51,380 nucleotides of DNA from Stramenopiles sp. TOSAG23-6 (Eukaryota): assembly GCA_900128565.1 (NCBI GenBank), contig LT635922.1, positions 1 to 51,380 on the forward strand, in the 5' to 3' direction. Below, one piece after another: positions 22,553 through 37,198 of this stretch. The stretch's first letter is position 1. Each line of letters starts with the position of its first letter. A program made the translations under genes and the position numbers. The notes under the pieces were generated by a model that was given only the letters and a program-made list of their open reading frames with translations, was not told where the DNA came from and ran no database searches.

Positions 22553-23029
22553 TTAGTCTGTCATTATGACATCAATAAACTCGTCGTACCTGATGTGACC
22601 TGTTCCCTCAGCATCTGCCTCAAGTATCAGTTCATCCACTTCTGCTGGATTAAGCTTTTTTCCAAGTGAAAGCATCATGTGCTTAAGATCTGCACTTTTA
22701 ATGAAGCCTGTTGATCCTTCATCGAATACTTCAAATGCAGCTGAAAGTTGTGCCCGAGTATCTTTATCTTGCTCTTTTTTTTCTATGAGAAATAAAAAGT
22801 CTTCAAAGTCAATGTGACCCTTTCCTACTTCATTTACTCGACTAAAATTATGCTCTTGGACAAATTGCCTCCAATCCTCCCTAGTTGGTGGTTTCAGACC
22901 TAATGAACGCATTACAATGTCAAGTTGTTCAGTATCTAACAAACCCAGTCGTTTTTGTCCTGGGAGAACAGGTGGTTGGAAGAAACAGAAAGCTTCAGAG
23001 TATTCGGATAATTTATCAGAACGAGACAT
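22553..23029 (-). CDS. Calmodulin-like EF-hand protein
   Basis: AFEVFDEGSTGFIKSADL and DAEGTGHIRYDEF; 158 aa; N-terminal EF-hands are degenerate. Confidence 0.88.
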   Translation of the reverse strand: MSRSDKLSEYSEAFCFFQPPVLPGQKRLGLLDTEQLDIVMRSLGLKPPTREDWRQFVQEHNFSRVNEVGKGHIDFEDFLFLIEKKEQDKDTRAQLSAAFEVFDEGSTGFIKSADLKHMMLSLGKKLNPAEVDELILEADAEGTGHIRYDEFIDVIMTD

Positions 23030-23374
23030 TAGTTCTCGGTAAAACTAAAATTCTTCAAGGTATGAACTTAAATAATAAGTATTTAGTTTCCGAGACTTTC
23101 AAACTATAAGTCACAAAAAAAAGTGTCGAGATATATACACAATGTGTGCCACGTACAGTAGTACAGGTACTTGTAGTACTAAGATTCGTTTTTTCTTCTC
23201 AATTCCAAGAAAAAAGACGACGGTTATTTTGGTTATTTTATAAAAGAAAGATCTTCCTGCACGAAATCTGCGTCCAATAAACGGTACCGGGTAACACTGG
23301 CCGCGTGACGGCCAGTGTGTTGCAGTGCACACAAGTTAAGTGTTCGTATACAAAACCGGTAATTGTTTGTGAAT

Positions 23375-23845
23375 ATGTTGAGTAGTATTTTTCGCTATAC
23401 GTTATTGCGGCCTGTCGCAAGACAGGCATGTGTAACGCCATCCTTTCAACGTGTGGCAAGTTATCATGATAATGTAGTAGATCATTTTGAGAATCCTCGT
23501 AACGTTGGTTCTTTTTCGAAGGAAGAAGATGGCGTTGGAACTGGACTTGTTGGTGCTCCAGCTTGTGGGGATGTGATGAAGTTACAGATCAAGGTTGTGG
23601 ACAATGTAATTGTTGATTCAAAATTCAAGACATTTGGATGTGGTAGTGCTGTTGCAGCTAGTTCTGTAGCTTCAGAATGGATTAAAGGGAAAAGTTTAGA
23701 TGAAGCACAATCACTCACAAACACAGACATAGCAGCACATCTCAAACTTCCACCTGTAAAGTTGCATTGCTCTATGTTAGCGGAAGACGCGATTAAAGCA
23801 GCCGTGAAAGATCTCAAAGCTAAAGAGATTAAGCGCGATGCATAA
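23375..23845 (+). CDS. ISCU: Mitochondrial Fe-S cluster scaffold IscU
   Basis: YHDNVVDHFENPRNVG, GAPACGDVMKLQI, FKTFGCGSA, LPPVKLHCSMLAEDAI; Arg-rich presequence from ATG 23375. Confidence 0.98.
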   Translation: MLSSIFRYTLLRPVARQACVTPSFQRVASYHDNVVDHFENPRNVGSFSKEEDGVGTGLVGAPACGDVMKLQIKVVDNVIVDSKFKTFGCGSAVAASSVASEWIKGKSLDEAQSLTNTDIAAHLKLPPVKLHCSMLAEDAIKAAVKDLKAKEIKRDA

Positions 23846-23889
23846 ATTGTAATAAATAAAAGAATATATATTTACTTAATTTTATATGT

Positions 23890-26124
23890 TCAATTTTTAG
23901 CACTTTTTAATAAATCTGCAAAGGATGGTTTGTTAATATGTACAGGTTTAGATTTTGGACCCCAACTGACTTTTTTGACATGCGTTTTATCAACGTCATG
24001 TTTCGTCTTATGTGTACCATTACTATTATTACTACTGAGAGCCACTTTCCATGGATTTTGGCTCTTTTTTGCTATGATTTTTGGGGTTTTTGGTTCAATA
24101 GTGGTAAGAGTAGTGGGCTTTGTCGTCGGGCTTTGTTTTTCGTGTTTTTCGGCAATACGTTTACTAGAATTATTACTTATTTTCTTCTGCTTTGTGGTAA
24201 CATTTGTTTTAGATAAATCTAAGGATGTATTTTTGCTCTTGTTATTCTTCTTTTTCTTCTTCTTATTGGTTTTAGCAGAATCCTTTGAAGTAGCATTCTC
24301 CGCAGCCTTTTTCTGTTTTTTCTTTTCCTTCTTTGCTTTATTCTTAGCAATTTTCTTCTTCTTCTCAAGCGCAAGCTTGGCATCCTGCAATCGTTGTTCC
24401 TGCATGTCCTTCCTAGCCTTTTCTCTCGCTTCAAAGCGTTCACGAGCAAGAATTTTTGCTTGAGCTCGTGCTTCTGCTTGTGCCTTTTCACGCCGCTGTC
24501 TAAGTTCAAGTTCCTCTTTTACTGTTTCTGCCGAAAGACGTTCACCTATACGCGATGATTGAGGAACCCATCTGTGTTTACTTAAATCAATTGTATTTCG
24601 AAGTATATCAATTACAATCTGAGAAATAGAAGGTTTTTTACCTGGGGTAAGGTTTTGAGTTTCTATCATATTTTCTTCCGGTTGAGAGATATTAGCATCA
24701 TATACTACTAATATTCGCTCTAATACACGAATATAATCCGAAACACGCATTGCTGCACAAGCATGATTATACGCCATTCCAGGTGCAACAGTCATAAGCA
24801 TTGAGCATGCTGCAAAAATATTTGCAGGTAGTGTCTCCTGTTCAAAATCAAGAAGGGCACTTAAGCATACATGCGTTACACTCTCTGCAAGTAGACCTTT
24901 TTTTTGTAGTTCACTCGAAACAACCACAAAGCTACGAGGTATCATACCATATCCTAAACCAGAATAAAAAAAAGCTAAATTTTTGTCATTTTCTTTTTCA
25001 TTAGTATCATGATTCATACATTGCAACGATAATGTAGTAGCACGTCGCAGGGCATCATAACACGAACGAGTTAAAGCAGCTCTAAAGTCTTTTTTCCCCC
25101 ACTTTGATGAAATATTTTGAGGATTATGAGAAGCATTGGAAATATCAGAACTTGAATTTGTAGCAGGTTCCGCAAAAGCAAGATCATTTACATCATTGCG
25201 ACAAATTCTCCCTCCTGCAAATTCAGGAAGTAAACGATTAACACCAGTACATATTCGAGTATACAAACAGCATGTATTAAAACCATTATTTTCCTCATTA
25301 TTATCCCATTGAAATACCTTGAATGTGTTTTCAAAAATCACTTTAGCGAGGAGTCGAAGACAATGGTTGGTATGCGCTTCACTCGTATGTAAATCGATTA
25401 TTTTCTCAAGTGTCTCGTCGATATTTGCTGATGTGACATCAGATACGAGTTCCTGCAACTGTTTGAGACAATCCTCCTCCAATGTACTCTCTTTACGAGA
25501 AGATGTAGTACCCACAAGTTTAAGCAGCGTTTGTTTACGCATGGACAAAATATTACGATATTTCGCATCATTGATATCCATACTCTGACTCCGCTGTACC
25601 CATCGCATAGGAGTTGGGTTTTGTTGATACCAACGACCATCTACAACTGTAGCGGACGCAGAACCTTGGGATTTTCCTACACCAGCAGACACGTCCCCTG
25701 GTGTCACCCAAGCAGCAGTGCCTCCCATAGCACCACCAATCATCAGGCCAGCCGATGCACCAAATTGAATACCACCATCTGCATATTGACCACTACCATG
25801 ATCACTAGAAGATATATTATGAGGAGGACGTTGTTTCTGGATTTTACTCATGGCCTTCGCGTACTTCGCCTGAAGCTCAGCCATCTTACGGCCGTGTTCT
25901 TCCCAATCGACATTTGCAACATCTAGATAACTTACTAACGGCGCACAATCTGACGGTACAGCCAGAAAATTACTCTGAAATGAGAGTAAATAGGGTATTT
26001 CATAAATTATCTTATCCTTAGTTTTGTCTGTAGACCCTTTATTTTCAAAGTCTACTGATTTGGGTGCCTTCTCGACCACCGCTGCGGGGGGCGACCAAGA
26101 GGCAGCAGTAGCTTTGAGTGACAT
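23890..26124 (-). CDS. MIF4G-domain eIF4G-like protein
   Basis: YEIPYLL fits the YxxxxL-phi eIF4E-binding motif; MIF4G-like helices (LLAKVIFE, LYTRIC, DFRAALTRSC, WVP); PAM2-like N-terminus; Lys-rich tail. Confidence 0.65.
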   Translation of the reverse strand: MSLKATAASWSPPAAVVEKAPKSVDFENKGSTDKTKDKIIYEIPYLLSFQSNFLAVPSDCAPLVSYLDVANVDWEEHGRKMAELQAKYAKAMSKIQKQRPPHNISSSDHGSGQYADGGIQFGASAGLMIGGAMGGTAAWVTPGDVSAGVGKSQGSASATVVDGRWYQQNPTPMRWVQRSQSMDINDAKYRNILSMRKQTLLKLVGTTSSRKESTLEEDCLKQLQELVSDVTSANIDETLEKIIDLHTSEAHTNHCLRLLAKVIFENTFKVFQWDNNEENNGFNTCCLYTRICTGVNRLLPEFAGGRICRNDVNDLAFAEPATNSSSDISNASHNPQNISSKWGKKDFRAALTRSCYDALRRATTLSLQCMNHDTNEKENDKNLAFFYSGLGYGMIPRSFVVVSSELQKKGLLAESVTHVCLSALLDFEQETLPANIFAACSMLMTVAPGMAYNHACAAMRVSDYIRVLERILVVYDANISQPEENMIETQNLTPGKKPSISQIVIDILRNTIDLSKHRWVPQSSRIGERLSAETVKEELELRQRREKAQAEARAQAKILARERFEAREKARKDMQEQRLQDAKLALEKKKKIAKNKAKKEKKKQKKAAENATSKDSAKTNKKKKKKNNKSKNTSLDLSKTNVTTKQKKISNNSSKRIAEKHEKQSPTTKPTTLTTIEPKTPKIIAKKSQNPWKVALSSNNSNGTHKTKHDVDKTHVKKVSWGPKSKPVHINKPSFADLLKSAKN

Positions 26125-26422
26125 GAGCAGAGTAAATTAATGATATATAAAAGTTGACAATGTAGTTTAAAGGACCAATTATCACAATTTATCACAGAGT
26201 TTTGCAAACTTTGGCAGCTTGTAAAGCAACAGTGGTCCTGTCTGAATAAAGTTGAACGGTTAGGGTTGAGATAAAGCCAGTTCGTTCGACATTTCCGGTA
26301 AAACACGAAATATCGATTTTTTAGTTATAGCTAATACCGTTTCATTATTTTTTGTATACGCGTCACTCTTTCATTTTTGGTCATTCAAAGATACATTCAA
26401 AGATACATTCAAAGGGTGTAAT

Positions 26423-28024
26423 ATGTCAGTATATACATTAGAGACACTGTTCCATCAATTAGAACAGGCACGGAACAGTCGTTTACGGGTTCCTCTGAAG
26501 TCTAGGGTGGATACTTATAAGAAAATATGGGAAGCAGTAAATCGTTGGCTATTATTTCGTTTAGAGCAGGGACGAGGTGCGAAAATTTCTAACTTTGCTT
26601 CGTGGTCTTGGGAAAACCACTCAGTATTCGAAGGATCTCAACGTGGATATTCACGAAAGCGACGGCCATTTTTTCAATTTCACGATGCTTTCAACCGAAC
26701 TTTTGGTTTACCGCGCAATGGCGGAAGAAAACCTCCACAGCTTGCAAAGTGTGAAGAAATAAACACAACGAAGATAGCAATAAAATATTCCTCTAACTTA
26801 ACAAAAGATATGGTCTTTAGTGGGTTGCGTGATATTATCGCCAAAATTGGAGCTGTCATTGGAGCGGGTTACCATGTTGCAATTTGTTTTAGCTTTGGTA
26901 TTCTCTATGCAAAGAGAAAAAACACGCGTTTCGAAGTAGACGGTCAATTACTTTCCCAATTAGGTGCTCAGAATAGTGACGTGACTGACCAAAATCAAGC
27001 TTGGAGAAGTTGTCAGCCATATTCAATAGTTATCCCAGACAGTAATACAGTTGCTGTTGATCCAATTATAGAGGAAGAAAAAAAAACAAATAATCCTGAG
27101 AAAGAATTAATAACATGTATAGAGGCAAGTGACGACATGCCAGAAGAATTTATCGATAGTGATTTAGAAGAGTCTGATGATGGACAATACAGCTATCACA
27201 AGGCATCTCGATATAAACCAACAGGGGATATTACAGTATTACCATCTCAGCGTGTTAATGAAGATGCACCTGATTATCATGCTTACTCTCAGTTGCTTAT
27301 GGAGGAAAATTCAGCTATCGAAGATGCATATCGTCGACATTTAGAGCACGTGCGTCAAAAGGTAGCAGAGTCAGAGTTTTATCAAAAACAATTTTACAGA
27401 AATATAGATGAGTTGAATTTCAAAGCTAAGGCAAAAACAGATCGAAGAGCTCAAAATAATTTAGATACACAAGCTTTCATCCGAAAGCAGATGGAAGAGA
27501 AGAAAATTTCGTTGAATAATTCTCAATTGAGGGATATAGAAATTGCAAAAAAAACACATTGTTCATTTCCACCACTGGTAATGTCCATTGCTAATGATAA
27601 TCCAAAATTAACGAGATACTCGCCACAAAATCGTGAACGACAACATAGAACAAGGCAGATGTTACAAACGCAAATAGACTACAAGAGGGGACGAAAGAAA
27701 GATCATCGAACTCAACAAAAAACAGAAGAGCGAAACTTCTTATCTCAAGTTCAAGACCAAATGGCGACACATAAACGTCAAATGTATAATCGAAAACTAG
27801 CAATTAAACAACGATTAGTGAAAGCATGGGACAGAGACAGGCGAATGAAACAGTTACTCAGGCAAGGTGTTATGTTGAAGCAAAGTCCCCATAGAAATAA
27901 TTCAGACGCTGATACAGTTAGTAAGAAAGAGGTTATGGAAGTTAAGAGTGATGCATTAGATACACCACCCATAACAGCACGATCTGAATTATCACATTTT
28001 TCTGTAGGATTTGATATGAGATAA
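26423..28024 (+). CDS. CCDC81-like protein (HU-like domains plus coiled coil)
   Basis: IWEAVNRW...GRGAKISNFASW...RRPFFQF and VAICFSFGIL patterns; coiled-coil C-terminus. Confidence 0.6.
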   Translation: MSVYTLETLFHQLEQARNSRLRVPLKSRVDTYKKIWEAVNRWLLFRLEQGRGAKISNFASWSWENHSVFEGSQRGYSRKRRPFFQFHDAFNRTFGLPRNGGRKPPQLAKCEEINTTKIAIKYSSNLTKDMVFSGLRDIIAKIGAVIGAGYHVAICFSFGILYAKRKNTRFEVDGQLLSQLGAQNSDVTDQNQAWRSCQPYSIVIPDSNTVAVDPIIEEEKKTNNPEKELITCIEASDDMPEEFIDSDLEESDDGQYSYHKASRYKPTGDITVLPSQRVNEDAPDYHAYSQLLMEENSAIEDAYRRHLEHVRQKVAESEFYQKQFYRNIDELNFKAKAKTDRRAQNNLDTQAFIRKQMEEKKISLNNSQLRDIEIAKKTHCSFPPLVMSIANDNPKLTRYSPQNRERQHRTRQMLQTQIDYKRGRKKDHRTQQKTEERNFLSQVQDQMATHKRQMYNRKLAIKQRLVKAWDRDRRMKQLLRQGVMLKQSPHRNNSDADTVSKKEVMEVKSDALDTPPITARSELSHFSVGFDMR

Positions 28025-28166
28025 AATTTACTTTTTGTTGAATATTAAAAAACACACTATAACATTTATACAATGAAGTGCACCAATGAATAATTTTCTG
28101 TGTAACTATTTTAATTTATAGTTTTTATTCATCGAATAGTTAATTGAGATGAACATAACAGTTTCT

Positions 28167-29573
28167 TTAATCAAAACTAATTTTTTTACCTGCGAATGGT
28201 TTCATTGTCTGCCGCACACTTAGTCGGCCACTTCCATGTGGACCAGGGGCTTGGTATTTACCACCAATAGGTCTTGGATTAGCGTATGAAGAACCAGAAC
28301 TTCGAGGTGGCATACCTGACTGAACTGGGCGACTTGAGACCCGGCCTGAGCCTCTAGGTTTCTCTTCACTAAAATCTATGCGCATATTTCTACCACAAAG
28401 TTCTTTGCCTTGCATTGTATTCATTGCTTTAAGAGCCTGTGATTTATCGCCAAAGACAATGTGACAAAATCCTTTAAAAGCACCCGTAATCCTATCCTCC
28501 CCCCAACGAATTTGAATAATAGATCCAAATGGTTCGAATATTTCACGCACATCAGCTTCAGTACAATCCCAATACATGTTTCCAATAAAAAGAGTCGCAC
28601 TTTGTGGAGCTGTGCCAGGGGTATGAGTATAGGTAAAAGCATGCTTTCTCTCAGGTTGGATGGACAACCACCGACCTTGAAGTTCTTTGCCATTCATGTT
28701 TACAGCAGCAATAGCGCCCTCTGGTGTATTGAATGAAACAGTAGCTATTCCCTTCGAACGGCCGGAATCTGGCCATTTTGGTTGAGCAACATTTGATACA
28801 CCGCCAGGACACGAGTTGAAAAAAGCCTTCAATTCCTCGTCAGTACAATCATATGAAATACCCTTAATGAAAACAGCATTCCCTGGGCATTGAATTGGAG
28901 GTAAGCTTTCTGATTCACGTTGCTTCTTTATTATTGGAGCAGATGGACTTGTCAATGAGAGAGCGCGTTTTCGCGACTGAGCTTTTTCATCCTTTTTTGG
29001 AAGTAATGTGGTGACGTTAACTTTAGAGTCATCATCAGAGTCAGAATCCGAACTACTGGAGCTACTTGAACTAGAACTGCTTGAACTAGAACTGCTTGAA
29101 CTGGAACTGCTTGAACTAGAGCTAGAACTGCTAGAACTGCTAGAATCATCTCTGGTGTTTTTCTCCTCAAGTTCTACTTTTACCTTTTTAGCTGACTTCG
29201 GATCTTTCAGGGCTTCAATACGTTTTTCATTAGAGACTACCTCTGGCAAGCACTTCACTTCAACTTTTGTAGTATTTAAAGAGTCACTGTCACTACTGCT
29301 ACTACTACTACTAGATGATTTTTCACAATTTACAGGTTTTGATGGGCATGTAGGTTCAACTACAGGAGGTGACAAAACCGGAGTTTTCGCAGCTGCACTC
29401 ATAATCATACGAGCGTGAATTCGTTTGATTCCTTCTTCTAAAAGATCTTCCAACTCGATAAAACGTAACTCCTCCAAGCTTTCAATACCCATCTTTGTAA
29501 AAAGAGAATTATATAGCTTTCCATAGCCAGTTCTTACACTATTAAGCCATGTATTTGTACAGAAAACACCCAT
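28167..29573 (-). CDS. Nucleolin/Nsr1/Gar2-like RRM protein with an N-terminal SAM-like segment
   Basis: Poly-Ser/acidic tracts, two RRMs (SKGIATVSF, FKGFCHIVF), C-terminal FAGKKISFD typical of Nsr1/Gar2. Confidence 0.85.
   Translation of the reverse strand: MGVFCTNTWLNSVRTGYGKLYNSLFTKMGIESLEELRFIELEDLLEEGIKRIHARMIMSAAAKTPVLSPPVVEPTCPSKPVNCEKSSSSSSSSSDSDSLNTTKVEVKCLPEVVSNEKRIEALKDPKSAKKVKVELEEKNTRDDSSSSSSSSSSSSSSSSSSSSSSSSSSSSSSSSDSDSDDDSKVNVTTLLPKKDEKAQSRKRALSLTSPSAPIIKKQRESESLPPIQCPGNAVFIKGISYDCTDEELKAFFNSCPGGVSNVAQPKWPDSGRSKGIATVSFNTPEGAIAAVNMNGKELQGRWLSIQPERKHAFTYTHTPGTAPQSATLFIGNMYWDCTEADVREIFEPFGSIIQIRWGEDRITGAFKGFCHIVFGDKSQALKAMNTMQGKELCGRNMRIDFSEEKPRGSGRVSSRPVQSGMPPRSSGSSYANPRPIGGKYQAPGPHGSGRLSVRQTMKPFAGKKISFD
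29036..29150. repeat. Coding repeat (15-nt GAACTAGAACTGCTT-like units) encoding poly-Ser
   Basis: Visible tandem units inside the nucleolin-like gene. Confidence 0.85.
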
Positions 29574-29765
29574 ATTAATGAAGTGCTCAAAAATATTTGG
29601 TAGTACTGTACGGTTGTAGTAGCTAAATTAGTACTGGTCAGCTTTGATGGTAAAACAAAAAACTGACTCGATTGTTCCTCCGATTTTTCATTTTTGCCAT
29701 TATCATACATGCGATATCATTTATATTAGGACCTAGAGACGCATAATTTTAATTTCTGTTTCAAA

Positions 29766-30923
29766 ATGACAATCTATTCAGAGATTTCTGCAGCATTATC
29801 AAATGATTCTGAAACATTAAAGCATAGTAACAATGATATGTCCTTCCCATTGACAGAGAGTGGCCGATTATTTCGTTGGGCTGAGCAGTCAGGAAAATCC
29901 TTCCTTTTGGGTAATTCCGCCGCTGAACGTGGTGAGGTTGACGGACTGTTGACTCTGTGCTTATCAGATAAATCCGAAATGACGGTTTCCAACCTTTTAG
30001 CTGGAATTAACAAAACACTTCTTATGCGAAGTTTCGTTGTCGGTAATTGCGTGACTCTCGCTGATTATGCTTTATTCTTCAAGCTGAAATCTAGCGCCTT
30101 AGCTTTGAGTGATTCTAACAAGGCGTCAATGTTCAGTCTCATGCGTTGGTTCCGTTATATGCACCCTCTTTGTCATAGCGGTGAATCTGCTGGAAAGAAG
30201 TTTGGTTTTCCTCTAGCGCTAAGTGATTGTCTTTCTACAGTAGCTCCTTGTGGTTACACTGGTGTTGGTTCATCATTGGCTGCTGCATCTTCGCCCTCTA
30301 AAGCAAAACCTCTTCAGAGTGCTACTCCACCAGTTGTTCCACCCTTAAAGAAGACTAAAAAAGACAAAAAGGCTAAAAAAGAAAAGAAGAATACTTCTAA
30401 AGGTCAAACGCAGGGGAAAGTAATTGACTTCAGTTGTGTTGAGATTAAAGTAGGTAAAGTTGTAGAGTGTTCTAAACACGATAATTCTGATAAACTATTG
30501 GTTGAAAAGATTGACCTTGGTGAGTCTGCTCCACGCACCATTTGCTCAGGACTGGCCAAATTTATTTCTCCTGAAGCAATGACTGGTAAATTGGTTCTTG
30601 TAGTAACTAATTTGAAACCAGCAAAAATGGGTGGTACGCCTAGTCAAGGAATGGTGTTATGTGCAGTAAGTGAAGATCACAGTAAAGTTATTGTCGTTGA
30701 TGCTCCAGTTGGTGCCGTTATCGGCGAACGTATTATTGTAGAAGGTTTCGATGGCGATGTTGCATCAGCTGGCTTTATGGGAAAGAAAAAAGTTCTAGCC
30801 AAAATAAAGGATGATATGCGAACTAATGCTCAGGGAGAGTGTTGCTACAAAGGCAAGCTTTTTACGACAAGTGCTGGACCGTGTGTAGCACAGGGAGCAC
30901 CAATTGATTACTTTGTCCAGTGA
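29766..30923 (+). CDS. Aminoacyl-tRNA synthetase cofactor Arc1/AIMP1-like (GST-C plus tRNA-binding OB fold)
   Basis: FVVGNCVTLAD...LMRWF GST-C; Lys-rich linker; SDKLLVEKIDLGE...NLKPAKMGG..SQGMVLCA EMAPII-like domain. Confidence 0.9.
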   Translation: MTIYSEISAALSNDSETLKHSNNDMSFPLTESGRLFRWAEQSGKSFLLGNSAAERGEVDGLLTLCLSDKSEMTVSNLLAGINKTLLMRSFVVGNCVTLADYALFFKLKSSALALSDSNKASMFSLMRWFRYMHPLCHSGESAGKKFGFPLALSDCLSTVAPCGYTGVGSSLAAASSPSKAKPLQSATPPVVPPLKKTKKDKKAKKEKKNTSKGQTQGKVIDFSCVEIKVGKVVECSKHDNSDKLLVEKIDLGESAPRTICSGLAKFISPEAMTGKLVLVVTNLKPAKMGGTPSQGMVLCAVSEDHSKVIVVDAPVGAVIGERIIVEGFDGDVASAGFMGKKKVLAKIKDDMRTNAQGECCYKGKLFTTSAGPCVAQGAPIDYFVQ

Positions 30924-31175
30924 AACGTTATGATTTTTTGTATTGATTTAATATTGATGAAAGAAAAATATAATAATAACGATAATATTTAACATTTTTA
31001 GCTATTTATTTTGTTTTTATTTCTAAAAATTACTTGGTCCTAACAAAATCAGGTAGTTTTTACATTAGCATCAAATAACCTTTACAGCTTTTCTATTTTG
31101 TATGTACATCGTGTTTTATTGTATGTTACCATTCGATCTTTGAAGTTAAGTTTGAGTGAATCAAAGCACAGTATT

Positions 31176-35369
<4,194 letters not shown>

Positions 35370-35372
35370 TTA

Positions 35373-35387
35373 AAACCCTAACCCTAG
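35373..35387 (+). promoter_or_regulatory. Telo-box-like motif AAACCCTAACCCTAG in the HSP60/ProRS divergent promoter
   Basis: Contains AAACCCTA; similar motifs occur in other intergenic regions (7116, 21448, 26258, 40434). Function is inferred. Confidence 0.45.
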
Positions 35388-35513
35388 CTATAGCTAATTC
35401 AAAACACGTGTCAACTCGACAAGAAGAACTGACTTGCAGCGATGCGCTGCTTGGCCATAGTTTTACGTCCATATTGAGTTTGTAGCGATTTCTCAATACA
35501 TTGCTTATCTATC

Positions 35514-37136
35514 ATGTCAAAGTCAAAACACAAGACTCAATTAGGTGTTGCCTATAAAAAGCAATCCCAATTTCCAGATTGGTATACTGATGTCATTGTA
35601 AAGTCAGAAATGATTTCGTACTATGACGTATCGGGATGTTACATTCTTCGCCCTTGGTCTTTCGAGATTTGGGAGCAGATTGTGGATTTTTTTGATGGCG
35701 AAATCAAGCAGCTAGGAGTACGCAATGCTTATTTTCCTATGTTCGTCAAGAAGTGTCATCTTGAAAAGGAAAAGGATCATGTTGAAGGTTTTGCCGCAGA
35801 AGTTGCTTGGGTGACAAAGTCAGGTAGTTCTGACTTGAATGAACCAATTGCTATTCGTCCTACAAGTGAGACTATCATGTACCCTGCTTTTGCTGACTGG
35901 ATTCAATCATATCGTGATCTCCCACTTAAATTAAATCAGTGGACTAATGTTGTGCGATGGGAGTTCAAATATCCTACTCCATTTTTGCGTACACGCGAAT
36001 TTCTTTGGCAAGAGGGACACACCGCTTATGCAACTGCGAAGGAAGCTGATGTTGAAGTATTCGACATTTTGGACTTGTATGCTCGAGTGTACGAAGAATT
36101 ATTGGCGGTTCCAGTTATCAAAGGTCGGAAATCTGAAGGTGAAAAGTTTGCTGGTGGTCGTTACACTACAACTGTTGAGGCATTTATTCCAAGTGCTAGT
36201 CGTGCGATCCAAGGTGCTACTTCTCATAGTCTTGGTCAAAATTTCGCTAAAATGTTTAATATCTCTTTTGAAGGTGAAAATGCTTCAATGTCCAATCAAA
36301 AAAAAAAGGGAACAAAAAGACAGTTTGTGTGGCAGAACTCTTGGGGTTTAACAACTCGTACTATCGGTGTAATGATTATGGTTCATGGCGATGATAAAGG
36401 CCTTGTCTTACCACCTCGTATTGCTCCTATTCAAGTTGTTTTAATTCCTCTCTTTAAATCAAAAACGAAGCCTGAAGTAAAAGCGGCAATCCTTTCCCTC
36501 GTAGAAAATAAATCAAAAGAGTTGCGTGCCGCTGGTGTTCGTGTCAAGGTTGACGATCGTAGTGATAAAACGTCTGCGTGGAAATTCAATTACTGGGAAT
36601 TGAAAGGTGTTCCTTTACGTGTCCAAATTGGCCAACGTGATTTAGAAAATGGTACTGTAGAGTTAGCTAGACGTGATACGCATACAAAGAGTTCTATTGC
36701 TGCCATTGATGTGACAGATACTGTGCCAAAACTTTTGACTCAAATTCAGGCTGACATGCTTAACAAGGCTAGAAAAGATCGTGACGCGAATATTGGTGTG
36801 GCTATGGATATGGAAACATTCAAACGGGAACTGAATAAGGGTAAGATGATTTTAACTCCATGGTGTGAAATGAAAGACACAGAGGAATGGGTGAAAGAGC
36901 AGACACGCGCATGTTCAACTGCTGAAGATAAAGCTAATCGTAAAGCAAAAGAGGAGAAAATCAAGAAGGATGGCGAAGTTATTGATCTCGCTGAAGAAGC
37001 TGCGAAGGGTCTAACAGGCAGTGCGAAAACACTATGCTTACCGTTTAGCCAGCCTCCTATGCCAAAGGGCACAAAATGCTTCACTGGTAATGGTAAAGAT
37101 GCTACATCTTGGTGTCTCTGGGGTAGAAGTTATTAA
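35514..37136 (+). CDS. PARS: Cytosolic prolyl-tRNA synthetase (eukaryote/archaeal type)
   Basis: YYDVSGCYILRP, HVEGFAAEVAWVT, RPTSET, FLRTREFLWQEGHT, QGATSHSLGQNF, C-terminal GRSY. Confidence 0.97.
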   Translation: MSKSKHKTQLGVAYKKQSQFPDWYTDVIVKSEMISYYDVSGCYILRPWSFEIWEQIVDFFDGEIKQLGVRNAYFPMFVKKCHLEKEKDHVEGFAAEVAWVTKSGSSDLNEPIAIRPTSETIMYPAFADWIQSYRDLPLKLNQWTNVVRWEFKYPTPFLRTREFLWQEGHTAYATAKEADVEVFDILDLYARVYEELLAVPVIKGRKSEGEKFAGGRYTTTVEAFIPSASRAIQGATSHSLGQNFAKMFNISFEGENASMSNQKKKGTKRQFVWQNSWGLTTRTIGVMIMVHGDDKGLVLPPRIAPIQVVLIPLFKSKTKPEVKAAILSLVENKSKELRAAGVRVKVDDRSDKTSAWKFNYWELKGVPLRVQIGQRDLENGTVELARRDTHTKSSIAAIDVTDTVPKLLTQIQADMLNKARKDRDANIGVAMDMETFKRELNKGKMILTPWCEMKDTEEWVKEQTRACSTAEDKANRKAKEEKIKKDGEVIDLAEEAAKGLTGSAKTLCLPFSQPPMPKGTKCFTGNGKDATSWCLWGRSY

Positions 37137-37198
37137 AAGTTATATTTATGTGTTTATTAGTAAATGAAATGCGTATTTTTAAATTGCACTGTTTTTTA

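Noticed and set aside
26382-26414. 12-nt tandem repeat CATTCAAAGATA; also the 24-nt duplication near 22245-22293 and (TC)n at 12241
   Set aside because: Short slippage-type repeats in UTR or intergenic DNA with no evidence of function.
23930-29418. Hydrophobic antisense ORFs (23930-24463, 29008-29418)
   Set aside because: Reverse-complement artefacts of Lys-rich and Ser-rich coding tracts.
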